Source of the DNA: Candidatus Spongiihabitans sp.
GTDB lineage: Bacteria; Pseudomonadota; Gammaproteobacteria; Arenicellales; Poriferihabitantaceae
Assembly: GCF_965247905.1 (NCBI RefSeq)
Contig: NZ_OZ252047.1
Span: 1,622,845-1,686,844, forward strand
DNA length: 64,000 nucleotides
Direction of reading: 5' to 3'
Shown here: piece by piece, positions 55,232 to 64,000 of the stretch
How positions within the stretch are numbered: the first letter of the stretch is position 1
Layout of the letters: each line of letters starts with the position of its first letter
Made by a program: the position numbers and the translations under genes
Notes under the pieces: generated by a model
Databases searched by the model: none
Seen by the model: the letters and a program-made list of their open reading frames with translations, nothing else
What the model was told of the DNA's origin: nothing

Positions 55232-56800
55232 TCACAGCGGCGTAGGCTCAAGTTCGGGTTCGTTGGTTTTCAGTTTTTCCTTGCGCTTGGCGACATAGGC
55301 TTGCAGGGCCTCTCGAATCGCCGGGTCGGTCGGTGGCTGCTCAAATTCATTGAGCACGCGCTGCCAGGTTTCGGTCGCGCGCATGGTGGCGTCCTTAGCC
55401 CCGGCCAGCACCCAATTTTCATGGTTCTGCCAGTCACTCAGAAAGGGCTGGTAAAACGCGGTTTTGTATCGCTCCAGGGTGTGCGCGCAGCCAAAAAAAT
55501 GACCGCCCGGCCCCACTTCTTCGATCGCTTCAAGACCCATTTCGGCAAGATCAATTTTGATCGGTTCGAGCATGCTGCTCATGTGCTGCAGCATTTCACA
55601 ATCCATCACAATTTTCTCGAACGATGCGACCAATCCGCCTTCAAGCCAGCCGGCAGAATGGTAAATCAAATTGCCATGTCCCATGACCGCGCCCCACAAC
55701 GCCATTTGCGTTTCCCAGGTAGCCTGTCCGTCCACGGTATTGGAGGCGTTGCACGCGCTGGTTCGATAGGGCAGGTTGTATTTGCGCGCAAACTGGCCGC
55801 CGGCCATGTTCGCAAGCGCGTTCTCCGGCGTGCCGAAGGCCGGTGCTCCAGAGCGCATATCCACATTTGAAGTGAATCCGCCATACACCACCGGCGCGCC
55901 GGGACGGGTCAACTGCACCAAGGATATGCCCAGCAAAGCCTCGGCGTTTTGTTGCACCAATGCGCCGGCCATGGTCGCCGGCGTCATTGCCCCCATTAGC
56001 GTGAACGGCGTCACCGCAACCGCTTGACCGAGCATCGCCATTTGCATCGCGCCGTAAGCCATTGAGTCATCCAGTTTGCGCGGCGAGTTGATGTTGATGT
56101 TGGTCAGCACCGCGGGGCTATCCAACATCTCATCGAGGCTGAGACCGCGCGCAATGGCGCATAGTTCAACCGCATCGCGTGCCCGCCCGCCGCCGATGCC
56201 GGTGGCAAAAAACACTTTGTCTGACAGGGTTAAATTGAGCAGCGTGGTATCAAGGTGGCGATTGTTGGCCGGCAGGTCGATGGGCGCGAGCGCTTGATTT
56301 CCGAAGAATGTCAGTACATTAAAGTACTGACCGAAACTAATGACCTTGCGGTAGTCATCGATATTGCCAGCGCGCCGACCGTGGATGTTATCGTGAACAT
56401 TGGGCGGCCCGGATACCAGTCCGAAATTAATGGCATCACCGCCAACTCGCACCGCATTTTCCGAATTTCTCGGCATCAGCGTGAATTCAGCAGGTGCTTT
56501 AGCAATGGTTTCCAGCACCAGCCCGCGTTCCATTTTCACAATGCCATCCGCATCCACAACGGCGCCGGCCTGGCGAAACCGCGCCAGCGCCTGGTCGCCG
56601 AGAACTTCAATGCCTTGTTGTTCAAGCAGTCGCAGCGAAGCATCGTGGATTAATTCGACCTGCTCCTGATCCAGCGGCTCCACCGGCGCGAAACGGTTAC
56701 GCAACTTTTTACGTTCGAGTTGAGGCAAACCGATGGCAGCGACTTCTTGCTGCGCTGAAGCACGACGGTGACGGTTTCTACGGCTGGATTGGCGCGCCAT
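55232..56800 (-). CDS. MttB superfamily methyltransferase (non-pyrrolysine; glycine betaine / quaternary amine type)
   Basis: 522-aa uninterrupted ORF with MttB-family similarity throughout; Arg-rich N-terminal 35 aa. Confidence 0.75.
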   Translation of the reverse strand: MARQSSRRNRHRRASAQQEVAAIGLPQLERKKLRNRFAPVEPLDQEQVELIHDASLRLLEQQGIEVLGDQALARFRQAGAVVDADGIVKMERGLVLETIAKAPAEFTLMPRNSENAVRVGGDAINFGLVSGPPNVHDNIHGRRAGNIDDYRKVISFGQYFNVLTFFGNQALAPIDLPANNRHLDTTLLNLTLSDKVFFATGIGGGRARDAVELCAIARGLSLDEMLDSPAVLTNININSPRKLDDSMAYGAMQMAMLGQAVAVTPFTLMGAMTPATMAGALVQQNAEALLGISLVQLTRPGAPVVYGGFTSNVDMRSGAPAFGTPENALANMAGGQFARKYNLPYRTSACNASNTVDGQATWETQMALWGAVMGHGNLIYHSAGWLEGGLVASFEKIVMDCEMLQHMSSMLEPIKIDLAEMGLEAIEEVGPGGHFFGCAHTLERYKTAFYQPFLSDWQNHENWVLAGAKDATMRATETWQRVLNEFEQPPTDPAIREALQAYVAKRKEKLKTNEPELEPTPL

Positions 56801-56844
56801 TTTCTGCTTTGATTAGATGAATCATTGGCGCTTGCATGACTCGA

Positions 56845-57249
56845 TCAACGAAAGCCGCCAAGTTTTACATTCGCCGTTTTGCATTCACCGATACGTTTTT
56901 CCAGAATAATGTTCCAGACCGCGGAAATAAATATTCCGGCCAATCCAAGATAAACCAGCGCCTCGTTCCAAAACACATACCAGGCCGCGAAAATCAAAAT
57001 GCCGGAAAGCAGGGCGATCGTTAACGATAACTTAAATCGAGTTCTTTTAAAGCTGATGACCGCAAACACTAAACTCAACCCAACAAATATTTGGGTAATC
57101 AAAATAAATTGGTTTTCGTATGCGGCCAAGGCGCCCAGGCCGAAAACCGAACCGACCGCAGCCAATGCAGGAAAACAAATTGGACAGCCAGCGGCCGCAA
57201 CAATCGCGCCAAGCGACGGAACTTTTTCCCAATAATTTTTCATACGCAT
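56845..57249 (-). CDS. MerC-like small integral membrane protein
   Basis: four hydrophobic helices; GCPICFPAL Cys pair in helix 1. Confidence 0.45.
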   Translation of the reverse strand: MRMKNYWEKVPSLGAIVAAAGCPICFPALAAVGSVFGLGALAAYENQFILITQIFVGLSLVFAVISFKRTRFKLSLTIALLSGILIFAAWYVFWNEALVYLGLAGIFISAVWNIILEKRIGECKTANVKLGGFR

Positions 57250-57439
57250 AACCTCGCCTAAATTAAAATGAATGATTTATTCAGCCGCATTAAACCCTGA
57301 ATTTAAACCTTGCATCGGCAACCAGGTCAATAGCAAAGGTTGAAAATATTTTTTTATTGTTATCGCTGGATTTCCGGTGCCGGGGACTTATAATGACTGG
57401 CGATTGAAAAAGTCAGGAAAATGTCATTAAATCATTTCC

Positions 57440-57465
57440 ATAAATCAGTTTCATAAATCAGTTTC
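57440..57465. repeat. 13-bp tandem repeat x2 (ATAAATCAGTTTC)
   Basis: perfect copies in the dsbC upstream region. Confidence 0.85.
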
Positions 57466-57502
57466 AATGACGCAAAGAAACGCACAATAACCATTTAGCC
57501 CG

Positions 57503-57526
57503 ATGAACATAAACATGAACATAAAC
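57503..57526. repeat. 12-bp tandem repeat x2 (ATGAACATAAAC)
   Basis: perfect copies 15 nt upstream of the dsbC ATG. Confidence 0.85.
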
Positions 57527-57540
57527 CTGAAAGCAGGGAC

Positions 57541-58275
57541 ATGAAAACAAACTTGGTTTTAATGGTTGTGTTTAGCCTCTTTTCAATGCTCACAGCCGCT
57601 GCGGGCGAGCCTATTCCGCAAGCCGTTATTAATGCGGCAAATAAATTTTTGCCTGGGTTTGCCGCAGAAAATGCCGCAAGGTCGCCCATAGCGGGATTAT
57701 TCCGAGTGTCTTTTGGGTCTAACGTGGTGTATATGTCCGCAGACGGTCGCTATGTGGTGGACGGCGACCTGATTGATATCGAGCAGGGCGTGAACCTGAC
57801 TGAACTTGAACGTAAAAAACAGCTGGCTGAAGTGATCGAGAAAATCGGCGAGGACAGCATGATCGTGTTTACCCCTGAACAAGTCAAAGGCACGATCACG
57901 GTTTTTACCGACATCACCTGCCCGTATTGCGCGAAACTGCATCGCGAGGTGCCGCAACTCAACGAAAATGGGGTGAAGGTTCGGTATCTCGCCTATCCGC
58001 GTGCCGGCATTCCTTCTGCTGTCGCCGACGACATGGCCTCTGTATGGTGTGCGGATGATCCCCGCCAGGCAATGACTGATGCCAAAGCCGGGCTGCCGAT
58101 AGTACAGAAACAATGCTCAAATCCGGTTAGCGCGCACTATGAGTTGGGCGCTCAGATTGGCATCAGAGGCACCCCGACGATCATTCTCGAAGACGGCAGC
58201 CGGCTGGGCGGGTATGTGCCCTACCAGCAACTTGCTGAGGCCGTACAGCAAGCGCACGCGGCAGTGATACCATAG
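57541..58275 (+). CDS. dsbC: thiol:disulfide interchange protein DsbC
   Basis: signal peptide, dimerisation domain, thioredoxin fold with CPYC. Confidence 0.8.
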   Translation: MKTNLVLMVVFSLFSMLTAAAGEPIPQAVINAANKFLPGFAAENAARSPIAGLFRVSFGSNVVYMSADGRYVVDGDLIDIEQGVNLTELERKKQLAEVIEKIGEDSMIVFTPEQVKGTITVFTDITCPYCAKLHREVPQLNENGVKVRYLAYPRAGIPSAVADDMASVWCADDPRQAMTDAKAGLPIVQKQCSNPVSAHYELGAQIGIRGTPTIILEDGSRLGGYVPYQQLAEAVQQAHAAVIP

Positions 58276-58343
58276 CGGTTGGCATCATGCGACAAAAGAA
58301 TGGTTATCTATTCCGCCCCCCGCCTTGATCACACCCCTCGCCA

Positions 58344-58389
58344 TTCCCGCTTTTTATCATGTTGCAACTTGCGCCGTGGGTGTTTCACT
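58344..58389. repeat. dispersed ~45-bp repeat, copy 2
   Basis: see 55162-55203. Followed by tandem GCCC(A/G)ATAATGACGG x2 and the IR GTCATTCC-N10-GGAATGAC (58448-58473). Confidence 0.6.
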
Positions 58390-58735
58390 GGATTATCGGC
58401 CCAGCCCAATAATGACGGGCCCGATAATGACGGACTAAGCAAAGTTTGTCATTCCAGTTTGCGCGGGAATGACCAGCGGGCCGATGCAAGCGGTCGGGTT
58501 GCCGTTGCCTTTATAGTGAACAATTGAACTGCGTGGCATGTTGAGTGGCATGTCGTCTTGACGCGCATACCGCATCCAGATTGTATAATGGTGTTTCTTG
58601 ACTTAATGCATGCTCAAGTGTAATGAACCGCAAAATTCGGCGCAAATCGACTGCCCCGACCGCTATCAAGTGCACGATGACGGGTTAAGGGTGATCGCGC
58701 TCACTTCGGTATCCGTGCTTGCCAATCACGGCGAA

Positions 58736-58774
58736 ACAGGTTGACAAGACAGGTTAGCAAGACAGGTTGGAATG
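58736..58774 (+). repeat. 13-bp tandem repeat x3 running into the start codon of the cyclodeaminase gene
   Basis: ACAGGTTGACAAG ACAGGTTAGCAAG ACAGGTTGGAATG. Confidence 0.8.
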
Positions 58775-59722
58775 ATGAAATCTATTGACGCTGAGCAAGT
58801 GCATCGTATCTGCGAGTTTTCCAGGCTTATCGATCGGCTCGCGCAATTGCATCAACAGCCCACCGATGAGATGCGTGATTTACTGCTGACCCAGCCCGCC
58901 GCAGCCGCATCGCCCGAGATGAACAATTCGTTTTTCATCCGTGCCGCGTGGCAGCATGATCGCGTTATGGGCGCAAAAATTATTTCCATCATTCCCGCAA
59001 ATTCCGCCACTAATCTGCCCGTGATTCAGGCTGTTTACGTGTTGCTGGATGGTCAAAATGGTTTGCCCTTGGCGGCCATCGATGGCACCGTGATGACCTA
59101 CTACAAAACGGCCGCAGACTCAGCCTTGGGAGCGCGTTATCTGGCCCGACAAGCGGTGGCAACCATGCTGATGGTGGGCGCCGGAGCTATGGCGCCCTAC
59201 CTGATTAAGGCCCATCGAGCGGTGCGGCCGTCCATCAGCAGAATTTTGTTGTGGAATCGAACGACCCGTGGCGCCGTTGATTTGGCCGAGCGTTTAAACA
59301 ACGGTGAAATCGAAGTCGAAGCAGTCGAGAATCTTGCCAACGCGGTGAAGCAGGCCGACCTGATATGTTGCGCGACGCGCACTACCGCGCCATTGATTAA
59401 GGGTCAATGGCTGCGAGCCGGCACGCATGTCGATTTAGTGGGCGCTTTCACGCCGGATATGCGCGAAGTCGATGATCAAGCCATTAGACGCAGCCGACTA
59501 TTCGTTAATTCTCGTCTGACCACCATCGGCGAGATCGGCGAGCTCATGATTCCCATAAAAAACGGCGTGATTAACGCAGATGATGTGCTTGCTGATCATT
59601 ACGATTTATGTCAGAACAAACATCCCGGCCGAACCTCTGACCAAGAGATAACCGTATTTAAAAACGGCGGCGGCGGTCATATCGATTTGATGACCGCGCG
59701 GTTTATTTACGAACACTCGTAG
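58772..59722 (+). CDS. ornithine cyclodeaminase / mu-crystallin family protein
   Basis: family-typical layout with Rossmann MLMVGAGAMAPYLIKAH. Confidence 0.75.
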   Translation: MMKSIDAEQVHRICEFSRLIDRLAQLHQQPTDEMRDLLLTQPAAAASPEMNNSFFIRAAWQHDRVMGAKIISIIPANSATNLPVIQAVYVLLDGQNGLPLAAIDGTVMTYYKTAADSALGARYLARQAVATMLMVGAGAMAPYLIKAHRAVRPSISRILLWNRTTRGAVDLAERLNNGEIEVEAVENLANAVKQADLICCATRTTAPLIKGQWLRAGTHVDLVGAFTPDMREVDDQAIRRSRLFVNSRLTTIGEIGELMIPIKNGVINADDVLADHYDLCQNKHPGRTSDQEITVFKNGGGGHIDLMTARFIYEHS

Positions 59723-59812
59723 CGATTAGCCGAGCGTTCTTGTGGTTGCGCATTGCGCCGTTTGACCGTAAAGTTCAAAAATCCAAACCCACATAACACG
59801 CGAGAAATACAC

Positions 59813-61747
<1,935 letters not shown>

Positions 61748-61764
61748 GGCGCAAAGATGAAAAC

Positions 61765-62310
61765 ATGCCGACTTTCGTGCTAAATAGAAATCTCGACTGT
61801 GCTTTTGCCATAGAAACCTATCCCTCTCAATATGAAGACGAGGTTGGGACAGAACACTGGAACGAAGAGGTTGAACTGATGAATTTGCGCAAGTGCGTTA
61901 AGGAAAAAGGATGCCTCAATCAAACGCAATTATTTGCTCTTGCGCATTGGAAGTCGCCGAGGAATGTATGGCATATTGAAAACAATGATGATGAGTATGT
62001 GCAGAAAGTGACCGAGTTTGCGTTATCGACAACAAGCAAGCGAGCGCGAATTCAATCGCTAACCGTGCTTGATGGCGTGGGCTGGCCGACCGCATCGGCA
62101 GTGCTTCATTTTTTCCACAACGATCCTTACCCGATTTTAGATTTCAGGGCGTTGCGATCCGCCGGCATCGACACTGTTCCATCAACATACAAATATGAAT
62201 TCTGGAAAAAATATGTCGCATTTTGTCGCGCTACCGCGAAAAGCTACGGAGTATGCATGAGAACTTTAGACCGCGCGATGTGGTGTTATGACAAAATTAC
62301 TAACGGTTAA
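61765..62310 (+). CDS. hypothetical protein with a helix-hairpin-helix-like motif
   Basis: LTVLDGVGWPTASAVLHFFHNDPYPILDFRA resembles HhH (GVG) motifs; AT-richer than acs; the track ORF starts at GTG 61744, overlapping the acs stop. Confidence 0.45.
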   Translation: MPTFVLNRNLDCAFAIETYPSQYEDEVGTEHWNEEVELMNLRKCVKEKGCLNQTQLFALAHWKSPRNVWHIENNDDEYVQKVTEFALSTTSKRARIQSLTVLDGVGWPTASAVLHFFHNDPYPILDFRALRSAGIDTVPSTYKYEFWKKYVAFCRATAKSYGVCMRTLDRAMWCYDKITNG

Positions 62311-62398
62311 AAATCGCGACTATCACGAATAAAAAACGCGGCGACTCTGGCATGGCCACGCGGCTTTTATATTGCAACATTGCAAGTATCAGAAAACC

Positions 62399-62620
62399 TT
62401 AACTAAACGTCGCTTTCAGTGCAAAGAAAATCAAGGCGGCGAGGATGCCGCCGACGGGCAAGGTGATTAGCCAAGAGACGAAAATTCCGCCGACAACTCT
62501 GAGATCGATGGCGGCGATGCCGCGCGCCATGCCGACGCCGATGACGCCGCCGACCGCGATTTGCGTGGTGGACACCAGCTTGTGTAGGTTAATATTCATT
62601 GGGTAGCCTCCGATTGACAT
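62399..62620 (-). pseudogene. C-terminal fragment of a PiT-family phosphate transporter
   Basis: LVSTTQIAVGGVIGVGMARG ... WLITLPVGGILAALIF matches only the last ~65 aa of PiT proteins; nothing upstream. Confidence 0.55.
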
Positions 62621-62733
62621 AGTTGATGCCTGACATACTACCCGGCGAGTATAATTAATCAGGCGGGACTGTACACGGAAGCAGGAATTCCGTCAATTAC
62701 TCGTCCCGCGTAGCGGGACACATTAATGAATCC

Positions 62734-62931
62734 GTGAACAAAGAGATGGATATTTTTGATATGATTTGCCACATCGCCTTTGACCAGCCGCCACTCGCTC
62801 GTGCCGAGCGCGTAAACAATGTCAAAAAGCGGGATTACTTTACTCAGTACGGCGAAAGATTGATTGAGTTTAATCGCCTGATTAAAGAGACCATCTCTGA
62901 TGGGTTACAATGGAAAATGTTCCAAAAATAA
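62734..62931 (+). pseudogene. hsdR: fragment of a type I restriction enzyme R subunit (EcoEI-type C-terminal domain)
   Basis: DIFDMICHIAFDQPPLARAERVNNVKKRDYFTQYGE is the conserved EcoEI_R_C motif; only 65 codons. Confidence 0.6.
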
Positions 62932-62944
62932 TTGAGCAAGAAAT

Positions 62945-63094
62945 ATGGCCAACATCTCCGGCATCGTAGAATCAGCACACAAAATCATGCGTCAAGACAC
63001 CGGCACAGGTAGCGATGAATTGCTCGATATGTTGCATCAATCCTTCGCCAAGGGTGATAAATTGCTGGAGCAGTTACGTAAGGAGTTGGTGTAG
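62945..63094 (+). pseudogene. hsdM: internally deleted remnant of a type I methyltransferase gene
   Basis: MANISGIVESAHKIMRQDTG resembles an HsdM N-terminus, joined directly to a short C-terminal-like tail (49 aa in total). Confidence 0.45.
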
Positions 63095-64000
63095 TGGGCG
63101 CAATACCAAGTTTTCATGCTGATATAAAGCAGATTCTGGAAGCCGCCCGGAACCGGGCGCATTCAGCCATTAATGCTGCCATGGTCGAAGCCTATTGGCT
63201 CATTGGAAAGCGCATTGTGGAAGAAGAGCAACAAGGCGAAAAAAGAGCAACATATGGCAAAAGGTTGTTGGAAAATCTGTCCATTGATCTGGGTCAAGAA
63301 TATGGTAAAGGCTTCTCATATGCCAATCTTAGAAATTTTCGCCAATTCTACCTGACCTACCCCGGTCAGAAGATTTGCTACACAGTGTGTAGCAAATTGA
63401 GCTGGAGTCACAACCGTTTGATTATGCGTGTGGATGATCCAAAAACGCGCCAGTATTATTTAACTGAAGCAAGTGAACAGCAATGGAATGTTAGGCAACT
63501 TGAACGAAACATCAAAAGCCATAGTTATCAACGCTTACTTTCTTCACAAGAGCAAATATCCCACACCGAACATAAAGCAGAAAACACGACCAAACTTGAT
63601 TTTATCAAAGACCCATATGTGCTGGAATTCTTGCAACTACCCGAACAAACCAAACTCAAGGAATCCAGGCTAGAGCAAGCCATCATCAATGAGTTAAAGA
63701 ATTTTCTATTAGAAATGGGCAAGGGTTTCTCTTTTGTTGCCCGACAAATGCGTATCAGCACCGAAACCAGCCATTTTTATATTGACTTGGTGTTTTACAA
63801 CTACCTGCTTAAATGCTTTGTCATTATTGATTTGAAAACTGGCAAGCTCAGTCATCAGGATATCGGTCAAATGGATATGTATGTGCGGCTGTTTGATGAC
63901 TTAAAACGAGGTGAAGATGACAATCCGACTATTGGCATTATTCTCTGTGACAACAAAGATGACACTATCGTTAAGTATTCGGTGCTCAAAGAAAGTGAAC
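63094..64000 (+). CDS. DUF1016 (YhcG-like) PD-(D/E)XK nuclease family protein, partial (runs off the window)
   Basis: manual translation from GTG 63094: AYWLIGKRIVEEEQQGEKRATYGKRLLENLS ... YIDLVFYNYLLKCFVIIDLKTGK; open to the window end; absent from the ORF track because no stop is reached. Confidence 0.75.
   Translation, partial: MGAIPSFHADIKQILEAARNRAHSAINAAMVEAYWLIGKRIVEEEQQGEKRATYGKRLLENLSIDLGQEYGKGFSYANLRNFRQFYLTYPGQKICYTVCSKLSWSHNRLIMRVDDPKTRQYYLTEASEQQWNVRQLERNIKSHSYQRLLSSQEQISHTEHKAENTTKLDFIKDPYVLEFLQLPEQTKLKESRLEQAIINELKNFLLEMGKGFSFVARQMRISTETSHFYIDLVFYNYLLKCFVIIDLKTGKLSHQDIGQMDMYVRLFDDLKRGEDDNPTIGIILCDNKDDTIVKYSVLKESE

Noticed and set aside
55232-56800. Pyrrolysine (in-frame TAG) in the MttB-family gene
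   Set aside because: The ORF is continuous with no internal amber codon and no pyl genes are present, so this is a non-Pyl family member.
58279-58527. 82-aa plus-strand ORF downstream of dsbC
   Set aside because: It is composed of the dispersed repeat, a tandem repeat and a palindromic element; translations of REP-like DNA are common false genes.
58558-58589. Sigma70 promoter TTGACG ... TATAAT upstream of the cyclodeaminase gene
   Set aside because: The spacer between the hexamers is 20 nt, outside the functional 16-18 nt range. A second candidate (TTGACT-N17-TAATGA at 58598-58626) is too weak to call.

Overview
Chromosomal segment of a moderately GC-rich proteobacterium. Gene content suggests a marine gammaproteobacterium that uses methylated amines and osmolytes, but the taxon cannot be proven from sequence alone. 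All calls come from reading the sequence and the ORF track by eye; no searches were run. Core blocks: (i) 0.9-10.1 kb: minus-strand N-methylglutamate / gamma-glutamylmethylamide-like operon (FAD oxidoreductase, GS-like, class II GATase, GXGXG, FMN subunit), a divergent GntR regulator and an Amt transporter. (ii) 10.5-13.9 kb: cytochrome c5, enoyl-CoA hydratase, an isopropylmalate-dehydrogenase-family enzyme and a decayed YciK-like SDR. (iii) 14.3-20.0 kb: urease operon ureDABCEFG. ureF is frameshifted; ureG carries a 5' insertion of an AT-rich ORF and a 44-codon in-frame deletion. (iv) 28.3-37.3 kb: carnitine / gamma-butyrobetaine-like CoA pathway. (v) 49.4-61.7 kb: DDAH, betA, a kinase-M23-aminotransferase fusion, an MttB-family methyltransferase, dsbC, ornithine cyclodeaminase and acs. 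Three visibly AT-richer accessory islands interrupt the core. Island 1 (20.0-28.3 kb) is bounded by two ureG 3' ends and holds Fic, a solitary DGQHR/DndB-like gene flanked by 199-bp direct repeats, a gutted type IIG/ISP enzyme hosting an MTase+HNH R-M cassette, and a TPR protein. Island 2 (37.3-49.4 kb) holds an ABC-type ATPase + PIN pair, a DUF4143 ATPase, and type III mod and res split by a PARIS-like ATPase-DUF4435 fusion, an AlbA_2/HATPase gene and an MNT-HEPN pair. Island 3 (61.7-64.0 kb) holds an HhH-like ORF, a PiT fragment, type I R-M debris and DUF1016. No rRNA, tRNA, CRISPR array, integrase or transposase was recognised. Best candidates for undescribed biology: the ATPase+PIN pair, the solitary DGQHR cassette, the AT-rich ORF spliced into ureG, and the cassette-nesting architecture of the R-M loci.
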